Shown: one piece after another, positions 12,409 to 23,496 of the stretch
Layout of the letters: each line of letters begins with the position of its first letter
How positions within the stretch are numbered: position 1 is the stretch's first letter
NCBI GenBank assembly: GCA_054600435.1
Contig: BAAIJX010000012.1
Location: 248,001-312,000 of the forward strand
DNA length: 64,000 nucleotides
Origin: Neophaeotheca triangularis
Lineage: Eukaryota
Direction: 5' to 3'
Notes under the pieces: generated by a model
The model's database searches: none
Told to the model about the DNA's origin: nothing
What the model saw: the letters and a program-made list of their open reading frames with translations, nothing else
Translations under genes and position numbers: made by a program

Positions 12409-14678
12409 ACTGGGGTTACTCGACGTACCACAGATGCAAAAAGACACTCTACTGCGCAACCTCTTGAGTCCGTGTACACCGCCTCAAATCTGTGAAAAAT
12501 ACCAGAAGATTTCCAAATTGTGCTTCTTAGACATGTGTACTAGACCCGGAGGCCAAGACGTGAAAAAAAAGAAAGATGCGACAGGGGTATTCCTATGTGG
12601 TCACCAACTGTAGTACTAATCGCCCGCTCCAGTTCTTGAATATGGAGCAGAAAGAGGAAGGTAGGAAGGTAGGAAGGCAGGAAGATAGGGAGGTACGGAA
12701 GTAGGGAGGTAGATAGGAGGAGCCCAAAAGCGAGAGTCGCTAACATATTAAAGCAGTACAATATTGCGGATGCCCGAGGATCACTGAGCTATGGTCGCAT
12801 CTGGAAGGGCGGACCGTGGCATTTGTATACATTCGTAGATGGCTTCTCATTGACGAGAAGCTAGGTAAATCGGCCGATTCTGGGCAACCTCAGTAACCCA
12901 CTGCTCCTTCAATGCTTACCGGTCAGTACCGGGTCTGGAGTATAAGCACTTGACCGTGCTCTAACAGTAGTGATGGTCTGGAGTCGAGACGTGGGTCTGC
13001 GATGTTTTCCCAGCAGCTGCAAACTCGGGAAGGGGAAGGGAAGTAGGTGAGCTAGGTGGCTGTGGGGGTCCGTCTTTTCGGGCCCTTGGCCGTGGCATGT
13101 ATCCGGGGATAGACGAGGAAGTAGGGGGATAGACATACATAGATAGACGAGTGAAGACTTGGGAAGCGACACCGCGGAGAGAGGTACTTCTCACGAACGC
13201 AGAGAACGGCAAAACGCAAATTCTGACTTACACTCACTTCCATGTGTTCTCTGAAGGCATTCATTGTCGTTTCTGTGAGCTCTCACGTCGTCATCAATCA
13301 AGAACAATACCTCATCCTGTCTACTCAATTCGTCGAAGATGGTATGCTGAATGTAGTCGGGTCCAAATGCAGCCTGAATGAAGCGGCCTTTTTGGTAAAC
13401 GCTGTGAAGAACGCTTCGACGATCCTGTAGTCGTACTGGACAGTCGGATTGAGCGTCGAGAGTCGGGACGCCAGCCTGAGAGTCAATGCCAGAGCGTCAC
13501 CGCCAGGATTCGCGCCAGATACTCCCTATGCTGTGCTATCAGGGCTCAAGGTACCGGTCAAGTGTGCGGACGAAAGCCACTGGCCTCGAGGACGAACGAC
13601 CCAAACATGCCCCTGATCGCGAGAAACCAGTCGGGCCATCCCATGAACGGTACATGCTGACAGCTCAGGCAAAGAATGCTCTCAAGGTCTGGTAGACCGG
13701 CGCATCGCTTGGGCGCAGAGGGCCAAGGATCAAGCACGTTGCCGCCGTGGGCCATGGGGTGATCAAGAGAAGCGCTAGAATCCTAGAATCTTAGAGACCG
13801 TTGATCACGGGAGAGGTCTGATATCCTGCAGAAGGCATCAGGAAGGAGGTCATACCGTCGAGTATCCACGCGCAACCCCAGACGACGATGCCAAGATCGG
13901 ACAGGCAATGTGCGGAGCCCTTACCCACCCAGGAAGGCACCCCAGCAGCGAGCACAAGACCAACCCAACGAGCAAAGGCAAAGACATATACCACAAGACC
14001 TTATCGTCGCTCCGCCACGTGGTGAGAACCTGAGGCGACAAAGATAAGCGCACGGACTGCAACAAGCGCTACAAGCCGGCCCTCGAGGTCGAGGAACTCC
14101 CACCACCCCTTTCACCAAAACAAAACTCAAACATTCGGTGAAGAAAGCCACCGGGACATATCAATACGCTCTCCAGCAGTACTACACATCCAACACCTGC
14201 CCTGCTAACCGGTGCCGACATTGGTGTAGTGAGGGCGTTTCGAGTCGGGAACCACGTCCAAGGCTCTCGAGGCCCAGGAGTCCGATGTAAGTTTGCGGTA
14301 GTGGCGCGCAAAAGGCGCATTCAGAGTCCGATTTGCTTTCACTGTAAATATCTGTACGTGCCTACGCTTCAGCTGTGCTGCTGATGTTGTTCGGCTTCAC
14401 TTTACGGCCTGCAGCTGGTGCTTGGCGCGGCCCAGCCACCCATCAGGTTCCCATGCTCTTTACTTGTTGCGATATCCCCTTTTGCGTACAAGGCTTGCTC
14501 TTCTTCTTCTTCTCTAACATCGATAGCCGCAGTGGGAATCTACAATTGCTGTGTTTGCTCAACCACATACCGTATCGGGTAGAGCGATCAGCCATCCAGT
14601 CAGCCGGTCTCCTGAAGTCACCTGACTTCAGTACTCATACCTACCTTTATCATTCTTCTTCCACGGCCCATACTCACG

Positions 14679-16238
14679 ATGGGGTACTTCAGCTTAGATC
14701 CCTTCGGTTCCCTTCCCATCGAGACTACCCAGCACATTGCGGCGTACCTCGACTCCGATACCGACCTCTGCAATTTCCGTCTTCTTTGCCACGCCACCGA
14801 CGATGCGGTCAATGCCGACGGACTCTCTTTCTGGCGCCTTCGCTTCCTGTCGCAATTTGAGAAGCCTGCTTGGAAGGCCTCGGGGAAGAAGTTGACCGAC
14901 AATCAGGTGTACAAGGACCAGTACCAGTTGCGCAAGAGGGTGCTGAAGAACGGCGCGCGTTTCAAGGCCGGGGAGAGCGGTAAAGAGAAGGTCTGCCTTC
15001 AGGTTCTGAAAGATCTGATGTTGGGTAGGTCAGCCAACGGAGTGATGGGAGATGCCGCACCTGGATACTAACCCATTGCGGCAGAAATGTACTCCGGCAA
15101 GAAGACCGCGGACGACAAGTTCACTTACAACCCCATCAATCTTGAACACATCATCAAATTCATCGGCTCCACGAACATCGTCAACTGTATGCTCTCACGG
15201 TGCACGGTCCCTCCCGGTGGCCGTCACAGCAAAGGCTCCTACAGCCCCGCTACCACGTTCCTATACGCCGTCCAGGTCATGCTTGCGCCGGCCATGCTGA
15301 GTGCCAACCCCGCCATCAAGCACGACGGCTTCGCTTTCCCCGACTCCCAGCGCAGCGTCTACGGCACCAAACTCGACTACCCCATCTTCCACGGCGTCAA
15401 CGGTCTCGATGTCCACATGGAATGGGCTTGCCACCAAATCAACTTCTGGAAGTTCCACATGATGCGCAAAGAAGAGTGCACCCTCCACCCGGCATTCCAA
15501 GCCCTCGAAGAGTTCGAGCGGCCTCACTTCTGGTCCGAACAACTCCGTCAATGCTCCGCACAATCCACTGGCAAGAAGCTCGGCAAGTACTGGAAGGGTT
15601 CGTACGCCTACATTGAGCGCGACGACATGAAGTTCGTGCGCGAGGGCCGCAACGAAGACGGCGAGATCCAAGATGTCTTCAACGGCGAGACCAACAACCA
15701 AGCTTTCCAGGATTTGCGCCTCGACTTCAGCGACGGCGCCCCTCACGCCATCGCGCCGCCCATGTTCGAAGACTTGCTCGGCTCCTTCCACAAGCCCGAG
15801 TCTCGCGCCCGCACTCGCGCTCAGAAGCGCGGCGCCCAGCCCGACGAGCACACGTGGTCCAAGCCTCAGAGCTTCCGCTTTGATGGTACCGGCCAGGACG
15901 AGAGCGAGAACTTCCTTGCTAGTGGCTATCTGAACCAGCTCCCACCACAGGAGGGTATCCCCGGGTGGCAGCGGATGACGATGATGAAGTACTTCACCGA
16001 CGACAATGGCCAGCTAGACACGGAGTCACTGTGGTGCTATGAGGGTGTGGTGCTTCCAGGCGGCAAGATTATGTTCGGACGTTGGTGGTGCCCGTACGAC
16101 GGTACCGGTCCCGATATGTACTCTGGTCCTTTCTTGATGTGGGCTGTCGACGCTCCGGAGATGGACGAGGATGAGGAGGTGGATGAGGTGGATGAGGCGG
16201 TGATCGGCAACACCGCCAAGAAAGGTTTGAAGAAGTGA
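14679..16238 (+). CDS. F-box domain protein
   Basis: N-terminal F-box-like LPIETTQHIAAYLDSDTDLCNFRLLC. Intron 15025-15084 (GTAGGT...ACTAAC...CAG) joins the frames. C-terminal WCYEGVVLPGGKIMFGRWW...YSGPFLMW is typical of a fungal F-box family. Confidence 0.8.
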
Positions 16239-17305
16239 GATTTATTCCTTCTCGGATCGGCATCCTCCCGACTCGACTGCAGCAGGATATGATCTACTAC
16301 TACGAAGGAAATTTTGGGTAACGATGGAGAGAGTCAAGGAATCTACGATGACGCTGTGTTTTCGAGGAAAGGGAGGGGGGGATGATACTATACTACTGAG
16401 GAGCGATGACACTATTTGCGAGGTACTACTATAACGGCGGCTTGCGAGCAGAAAGATACCCCAGGATGGACTTGAAAGAAGAGGCGTTACGGCGGGAAGG
16501 GCCTCATCAGACAGTGGAGAGGACTCTGTAAACTAGCGAGGTATTATACAATGAGAACCGAGCTTGAAAATGGATGTCGCTTGTGGCGTAGGAAAAGGTA
16601 CCTAGCAGGCAAGGTCGGTGATGTTCAGACGAGAGGGTGAGGTGAGGTTGATAGTGGAGACGATTACCCAGCCAAGCCTTGTTCCTACTGGCTAGTATTG
16701 GAAAGCGCTAGCCATCGAACTTCTCGCCATGGCACAGCAGCCCCTCCCTCCCCCCCCTCACCCTCTCAACAGCCGTCAATCGCCGAGGAGTCGGTTGTGG
16801 TGTGTATCGAAAGAGAGGACATGCTTTGGATACCTTATTGCTAACTTTTGAAACGTAGACAAAACTACGGTAAGACGCTTGCGGTAATCGGTTGGCGGCT
16901 TGTCATATTTCTTCTTTTCGAACGCTCGCTCTCAGGAAACTCAGAGTATCCACGCTCTCAACGCCCAGCAGCTCCTTGACTGCTAAGGGCCTCTTTAATT
17001 TCTTCATAGCATCAAGGGTACGATAAAAGAGAAGGCAACTCGGGACTTCCACCGAGGATCCGATCAAATCAAATTGCCATCGCAACCACGGGCGCGACTC
17101 AAAACATCCTCACCCACCATCTAGAGACGAAAGGCAGCGTCCATCAACACACAGCTTCCACCAAACCCCTGCCCGTCAGAAAGAAAAAATCCCAAACCCA
17201 AACACCCCCCCTTCCCCCCCCCTCCTAAACCATCAACAAAACACCTCACCCCACCCCGCCTCGAAACTCAACCCAACCCAAACCATCCCCACCCCGCCCC
17301 CAAAA

Positions 17306-18316
17306 ATGCTCACCCCCCAAACCTTCCACGACCTGCTGAGCACCCTCCCCGCCCAAACCCTCCCCCTCGACGGCGCCCTAGCCACCTCTCTGGAAACACG
17401 CGGCCACGACCTGACGCATCCGCTCTGGTCGGGCAAAATCCTACAAACGGCACCCAGCAGCATCCGCACCCTGCACCGCGACTACTACCTCTCAGGCGCC
17501 GCGGTAGCGACAACGGCCAGTTACCAGACCTCGGTGGCGGGACTGGGGGAGCACTTTGGCTTGGACGCGACGGCGGCGGTGCAGCTGATGGGGCGGAGTG
17601 TGCGGCTCGCGGTGGCGGCGCGGGAGGAGGCGCGAGCTCTGCTGCGGGCCGAGGGGCGGGAGGCCCGGGCCATGTTGGTGGCCGGGAGCGTGGGGCCTTA
17701 CGGTGCGGTTCTGGGGGATGGGAGCGAGTATCATGGCCGCTATGGGGATGAGGTTGGCGAGGAGGCGTTGAGGGCTTTCCACCGGCCGCGGGTGCGAGCT
17801 TTGCTGGCTGCGGGCGCGGATTTGTTGGCGTTGGAGACGATGCCGGCGCTTGCCGAGGTCGGGGCGTTGGTGGGGTTGTTGGGCGAGGAGGAGTTCGAGG
17901 GCGTGGTGGCGTGGGTGAGCTGTACCCTGCATCCTGAGGGAGGGGGGAGGATAGCGGATGGGAGGTTGTTGGCGGAGGTTGTGGAGTTGGTGGGGCGGTG
18001 CGAGCGGGTTGTGGCTGTGGGCGTGAATTGCTGTTCGCAGGAGTTGGCTTTGGGGGCGCTGCGGGGAGTGAGGGAGATGGCGGGGGCGAGGGGGTTGAGT
18101 TTGGTTTGTTATCCCAATTCCGGGGAGGAGTGGGATGCCGTGGGAAAGGTTTGGAGAAGTCCCCCAGGGGGAGAGAAGGGGAGGGGTTTGAGTGAGGAGA
18201 GAGTGAGGGGTTTCTGGGAGGCGGGGGCTAGGTTGATTGGGGGGTGTTGTCGGACTGGGCCGGGCGATGTGGAGGTCATTCGGGAGACTCTGGGAAAGAT
18301 TCACGGTGGGAGCTGA
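17306..18316 (+). CDS. Homocysteine S-methyltransferase (Sam4/Mht1/MmuM family)
   Basis: LDGALATSLE, LWS, TASYQ, AGSVGPYGA, DGSEYHG, LALET, GVNC, YPNSGE and the Zn-binding IGGCCR motif. Intronless. Confidence 0.93.
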   Translation: MLTPQTFHDLLSTLPAQTLPLDGALATSLETRGHDLTHPLWSGKILQTAPSSIRTLHRDYYLSGAAVATTASYQTSVAGLGEHFGLDATAAVQLMGRSVRLAVAAREEARALLRAEGREARAMLVAGSVGPYGAVLGDGSEYHGRYGDEVGEEALRAFHRPRVRALLAAGADLLALETMPALAEVGALVGLLGEEEFEGVVAWVSCTLHPEGGGRIADGRLLAEVVELVGRCERVVAVGVNCCSQELALGALRGVREMAGARGLSLVCYPNSGEEWDAVGKVWRSPPGGEKGRGLSEERVRGFWEAGARLIGGCCRTGPGDVEVIRETLGKIHGGS

Positions 18317-18933
18317 GGAAATCAGGGTGGTGGTATTAGCATTATTGAAGTGATTGTGATGAGTTACATGCGCAGACCCCCGTTCCTTCCGCCCACTCTG
18401 TGTGAAGATAGAACCGCATTTTTGCACCGTCAACGCCTTCGCTAAAGTCGAAAATGAGTAGGATATCCTATCCGCATCAATATACAGTGTTGAAGCCCGG
18501 GTGTTCTTGCCCGAGGTATTCTCACGTCTTCCTTTCCGACCTGCACGATGTCTCCCGAAGTTCACTGTTGCCGACAAGTAGGACGCTCTGATGGTGATGC
18601 AATGCGAGGCCGTGCTTCTCTCCCTAAATTCCTGCACTGCCTGTCCGCTCTATCCACGTCGCCTTCCCAAGCCGGAGGAGCCAGACTTCCAAGCGAGCCC
18701 AGTGTCCCAGACTTGTTGCGGCGGCTGTCACGGATGTTCGTCTTGGGGGAGATATTCTCAGATTGTACCGAAGAAGCCCGGCGCGCATCGGCTCCCTCTG
18801 CGGCGGTAGGGTTCGTCTTCAGAGCCGGCAGCCTCGGAGGGCCAGAACCTGCACTCTCGCCTGTGGCAACGGGACTCAAGTTCGCCAGCTCATACCCATC
18901 ATCCCCATCAACCACCGTACCAGAATCAGACAC

Positions 18934-19869
18934 CTAACCCGCGCTCTGGCTACTACTGCGCTTCAACATCTCCTCGGTGCCCTCGAAAACGAGCGCATTC
19001 ACGACGTGCCCCTTGCACCACCCCTGCTCCTCGAGCCCCTTACCCTCATCCAAAACCTTACCCAAATACGCCAACCTCACCCTCCTCCCCTCAATCTGCT
19101 GCATAATCTGCCTGACCAAAAACGCAACCTTCTGCTTACTACCCACGCGCACCGTCATATCAGCGCCCGTGTGGCTAAGCCGAGCCCTCACGACCAACAA
19201 CTCACCCACATCCGCCACCTTCTCCTTGCCCTTCCCCTCCTCCGCCCCTTCAACCCCAACAACCGCGTCCTTCTCCCCCTCATCCCCATCGTCCTCCTCC
19301 CCATCCTCTACCAAATCCCCCGGATCCCCAACAACCCAAGCCGGGACCTCATACAGCACGCCCCTCTCATCATAAACCCCACCTCTCACTTTATCCCGCC
19401 CTTTGCCCCCGGCAACCCTCCCATTCGGACAGCTGATACCGCTCGCATCCAAAATCCCCTGTGCCTCTTCAGTCTTCCCCTCGCGCAACAATTCCGAGAC
19501 AAGCCGCAGCGCATTCCAGACCTCTGGAGAGCCAGTGACACGCGTATCGAAAAACGCCTCCCGTTCCCTCTCAAGAACAGACCGCGACCACGGACGCGGA
19601 TGAGGGGTATTTTTCGGAGACTTGGCGATGGGTGAGGGAGCGCGAATGCGGGTGTTGGGGCGAGCGGAGGTTTGCGGGGCGTTGAAGGGCTGGGAGGCGT
19701 TGGAAGCGGCGGAGGAGCGTTGTACGGGGTTGGGCTCCGAGGCGGAGGGTCGGTTGATGGCGGCTTGAGAGGAGTCTGGGGCTAGGGGTTGGGAGCCGAC
19801 GGGGCGCGCGGGGGCGGCTTGGGGTTCATTGTTGCTAGCGGATCGATCGCGGGATTGGCAGCAGCCCAT
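18934..19869 (-). CDS. Ubiquitin domain-containing protein (UBTD/DC-UbP-like)
   Basis: Lipidation-type N-terminus MGCCQS. ubiquitin-binding region WSRSVLEREREAFFDTRVTGSPEVWNAL...GVYDERGVLYEVP. C-terminal Ubl RVRLAYLGKVL...GHVVNALVF. Confidence 0.85.
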   Translation of the reverse strand: MGCCQSRDRSASNNEPQAAPARPVGSQPLAPDSSQAAINRPSASEPNPVQRSSAASNASQPFNAPQTSARPNTRIRAPSPIAKSPKNTPHPRPWSRSVLEREREAFFDTRVTGSPEVWNALRLVSELLREGKTEEAQGILDASGISCPNGRVAGGKGRDKVRGGVYDERGVLYEVPAWVVGDPGDLVEDGEEDDGDEGEKDAVVGVEGAEEGKGKEKVADVGELLVVRARLSHTGADMTVRVGSKQKVAFLVRQIMQQIEGRRVRLAYLGKVLDEGKGLEEQGWCKGHVVNALVFEGTEEMLKRSSSQSAG

Positions 19870-21231
19870 TGCTCATAGTTGTGTGGCTACTGGGTGAGTA
19901 GCGGAAGTGTTGGGGTGTGTTTCGATGGTGGTAGTGGTGGTGATGGAGGGGTTGTTGGGGTTTATTGTTAGTGATCGGTATTATTACAGTAATGCACGGC
20001 GATAGTAATGCCTGGATGGCCGGTGGTATCGAGAAATTTCGAAGGATTGGTGATGTTTGATGAGGAGGAGGTGAAGAGTCGATGACTCGAGAGGTGAAAG
20101 TAGAAGTGAAGGAATAGAGGTCGAGGTGTATGTACTCGTAGGGTGAGGTAATCGTACCGCCGGATTAGGTTGATGGAGGGTTCAACCTTAAGGTCGGCAG
20201 CAGGATCGAGGCGGGCAACTTGGCAAGTCCACCTGGGCAGTCCTCGTCGACAAAACTCCGACTCTGCAGGACCATTGCATTGGCAAGGCTTGTTTGCGAC
20301 GACGAAAAGTACTAGTAATCAATAGTAATTAATTTGTAAAGGATGCATATCAATCAACAAGTGACATTCATTGCCATTTCTTGGTCCATCAACGAGCAAG
20401 CGAAAGAGCTCGCATCAATCCACCACAGCGCAGGTCAAGACGTCACCAATGTCCTTCATCTCTCGATCCTCGACAGGTAGAAATGTCATCCCTTTCCAAG
20501 TCTCCCGTTATTTACGACCTCAACAACACAACCACCATCACCTCCAGTCATAATCTTCACTCAAAGCAAATAGAGTACACAAAAACAAGCATCAATATTA
20601 CACCCCAGCTCTCCTATCTACCTACTACACCTCTCGCAACATTCCCATTAATAGCTCAATCCTTCTCCCTCGCCATAGTACAGTATAAGAAATGCAACAA
20701 CCAGGGTATCTCTGACTTTTCTGCTCGAGTGGTGGGAATGGGGGGGGGGGGGTATTCGCGATAACAAACAGCCGGTTTCTCGGGCGCGCCGCCTTCGACC
20801 CATCCAAAACGCAGACACGGCGCTTGAACGTTGCGTTGCGATGGAGTTTGGTATCGAACACTGGGCGTCGAGACCGATGTGTGGAAAGCCCGACTAACGA
20901 CGAAAACAATGCCGGGACCGTGGTGTAATAATGGTATCCGATTAAAGCAAGCAAGCAGACGAAGAACGCAGGCAATACAGAGATGAGGCGCATCGAGCGT
21001 GGGTTTATCCATTGCCGCTGCGATAGGGAGCAAGTCGACGCGCCGACGAAAAGAGGGTATCGAGTTGGTTCATTAAATCGCAGCTGTGGTGACCGTGGCA
21101 GGAGGAGGGTTCTTTTCGTCCGTCCATGGGTCGGTGAATATGATGGGAGGCCGCTGAAATCGTTGTTTCCGCGCCGAGGAGCGAAGGCTCAGACTGGAGT
21201 TCTACTCCCGAATCGCTTGGAACGGGGCTCT

Positions 21232-23496
21232 CTAAGCCGACGCAGCGACGGGGGCAGAACCCTTCTCCTGAGGCTGACCAGTTGAGACGGATGTCGCAGG
21301 GACGTCGCCAATGGTAGACTCGCCTTCGGTGGTTGGCTTGGTCTCAGCTGCGGCCTCGGCGGGAGTCTCCTTCTCCGCCTCAACCTTGTCTTCGGTGGAA
21401 GCGGGAACGGCATTCTCCTTCTTGCTGGTCTTGTCGGCGATTGGGGTGCCCTTGAAAGCCTTGCTAGCGCGACGAGAGATGTTCCCCAAGAAGCCAGACG
21501 TGCGCCTCTCCTCCTTCTTCGGCTCCTCAGCAGGCTTTTCAACAGACTTTTCGACGACTGGCTCAGTGGAAGTTGTAGTGGGCTCGGCGGTAGCGGCAGG
21601 CTCGGCAGGAGCAGCCTCTTCAGCCGGGGTAACGAACGGAGTAGACTCGACAGGCTTGGTCTGCTCAGCTGCCTTGTTCTGCTCAGCCGGCTTAGGAGCC
21701 TCCTTCATGCCGGCGGAAGGGGAGACGCTACGGTTGCGCTTGTTCATGAAACCGGACAAGAAACCGCTCTTCTCCTTGCCTGGGGTGCCAGCAGTGGTGT
21801 CTTTGGCGGCCTCAGCGGTGGAGGGTTCGCCGGCCTCAGTCGGCTTAGCGACAGATGGAGTCTCGATGGTTGGCTCAGAGGCGGCGGTGGTGCTGGGCTC
21901 GGGGATCTGCGGGGCAGTCTCGGAGACAGCGTCCTTTGGTGGCACGCTAGGCTTGAGCTCAGCGTCCTTTTGGTCCTTCTCCTTGGCCGGGCTCTTCATG
22001 TTGCCCCAGCCCTGCTTGAAGGAGCCGAAGATGCTGCTGCGCTTGTTGGCCTTGGGCCTGTCAGCAGTGCCCTGCTCAGCGGGCGAGGCGGTAGTTGCTT
22101 CAGTGTCCTTCTTCTCCTCCACTGGTGCGACCATGGCACGTTCAGCGGTGGAAGGAGCATCAAGCGCAGCACCACCAACAGCAGCAGTGGGAGCCGCCTC
22201 GTCGGTCTTCTCATTTTCCTTGTCGGCTTTCGCCTCCTCAGTCTTCTCTTCAGCCTTGTCTTCAGCCTTCTCCTCCTTGTTCTCGGCCTTGTCGGCCTTC
22301 TCCTCTTTCTTAGTCTCTGCCTTGGCCTCGACCTCTTCCTTCTTGCCCTTTAGGCGGTCGAGCATGCCACGAGAAGTGGAGCGGCTCTTGTTCTTCTTAG
22401 TCTTGTCCTCGTCACTGTTGCTCGAGGCGGAGCCAGCGCGCTTAGCGCCCTCAACATTGTCTACATCGGTGCTCTTCTTGGGTGCGGACTGGCTGCGCTT
22501 CGCGGCCGTGCCGGAAGCGACAGCAGCATTACCAGCCATGATGTTCGGCTTGTCTGGTTCAACATGTTCTGTAAGTACTGTGGTCGTTCGAGCTACTCTA
22601 AATCCTGGTCCGTCCTGCAGAAAATGGTACGAAACGCCAGGGGGGCTGGGGGTGATGTAACGGGGGAACATACTCAGCTTCTCCATCTCGGTCTTGTAGC
22701 CTTCGCTATCACGCACGCTCTCCTTGGAAGCCTTACCCAGCTCCATGGCCTTTTCAATCGTCATGAACCAGCCGTCACGCTCGGCATCGCTGTTCGCCTT
22801 GAAAGTGTGCTGCTGGTTGTGGAGCTTGAACTGGAACTCATGGTTCTGCGCCTTCTTGAGCTCACTAGCGTCGTAGAGAGCAATCACACTGGCAGGCTTG
22901 GAGCGGTTGGTCTCACCCTTCTTGTTGAAGAAAAGGAGGCCCTTGCCGGTCTGGCTGGCCCAGGCGACGACAGGGTGAGCGACATCGGGCTTCTCGCCGC
23001 GCATGTAAATGTCCATGTGCTGGGGGGTAGTTGCATCGTCACTCAACCAAAACTCACGCTTGGAGAAAGTAAGCTTGCTGTATAGGGTTAGCAGGCGAGT
23101 AGGGGCGTTGGGGAACCATTGCAGGGGCACTGACTTGAGCAGACCGGGCGCCTTGTACCCAAGGACACCCTCAGTCACAGGCTCAACAGATTTCTTCTCC
23201 TCCTCAACAGTGGCGGCGCCGGCTTCGGGTGTGGTCTCCTCCTTGGTGTCCTTGGAGGATTCGGCGGTAGTGGAGTCTTGCTTCACCTCCTCCGAAGTAG
23301 CGGCGTCCGTAGTCTTGGCCTCGCCGACAGTGGGCTCTGTGGTGGTGGCAGCAGACTCAGTGGCGGGAGCAGAGGTTGCTGCAGTGTCGGTGGGCTGGGT
23401 AGATGTAGAAGTGGGCTCGGCGTTGTTGATGATGGTTCCGGTTGGCTCTGTAGCAGAAGCAGCGGGGGCCGTGTTCTGCTCGGCGGTTGCAGACAT
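21232..23496 (-). CDS. PH-domain protein with long acidic/Ala-Thr-Pro disordered regions (Meu6-like)
   Basis: PH-like core EGVLGYKAPG...VAWASQTGKGLLFF...HTFKANSDAERDGWFMTIE. Predicted introns 23078-23134 and 22554-22673 have canonical donors, branch sites and acceptors. Confidence 0.8.
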   Translation of the reverse strand: MSATAEQNTAPAASATEPTGTIINNAEPTSTSTQPTDTAATSAPATESAATTTEPTVGEAKTTDAATSEEVKQDSTTAESSKDTKEETTPEAGAATVEEEKKSVEPVTEGVLGYKAPGLLKSVPLQWFPNAPTRLLTLYSKLTFSKREFWLSDDATTPQHMDIYMRGEKPDVAHPVVAWASQTGKGLLFFNKKGETNRSKPASVIALYDASELKKAQNHEFQFKLHNQQHTFKANSDAERDGWFMTIEKAMELGKASKESVRDSEGYKTEMEKLSMFPRYITPSPPGVSYHFLQDGPGFRVARTTTVLTEHVEPDKPNIMAGNAAVASGTAAKRSQSAPKKSTDVDNVEGAKRAGSASSNSDEDKTKKNKSRSTSRGMLDRLKGKKEEVEAKAETKKEEKADKAENKEEKAEDKAEEKTEEAKADKENEKTDEAAPTAAVGGAALDAPSTAERAMVAPVEEKKDTEATTASPAEQGTADRPKANKRSSIFGSFKQGWGNMKSPAKEKDQKDAELKPSVPPKDAVSETAPQIPEPSTTAASEPTIETPSVAKPTEAGEPSTAEAAKDTTAGTPGKEKSGFLSGFMNKRNRSVSPSAGMKEAPKPAEQNKAAEQTKPVESTPFVTPAEEAAPAEPAATAEPTTTSTEPVVEKSVEKPAEEPKKEERRTSGFLGNISRRASKAFKGTPIADKTSKKENAVPASTEDKVEAEKETPAEAAAETKPTTEGESTIGDVPATSVSTGQPQEKGSAPVAASA

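Noticed and set aside
16729..16878. Short ATG ORF with GCTAAC...TAG splice-like signals
   Set aside because: Under 45 codons, with no convincing donor or downstream exon.
17492..18637. 381-aa minus-strand ORF
   Set aside because: Mostly antisense to the G-rich HMT gene, giving a Pro/His/Gln artefact. Only its 5' part outside HMT is unexplained.
18763..19635. 290-aa plus-strand ORF
   Set aside because: Antisense shadow of the UBTD-like gene.
20625..20993. 122-aa ORF with a signal-peptide-like start (MRLISVLPAFFVCLLALIG)
   Set aside because: It lies in the probable T-rich 3'UTR of the PH gene and crosses a G13 homopolymer. It has no recognisable domain.
21311..22660. 449-aa plus-strand ORF
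   Set aside because: Antisense shadow of the codon-biased PH-domain gene, with a Ser/Ala/Leu low-complexity translation.
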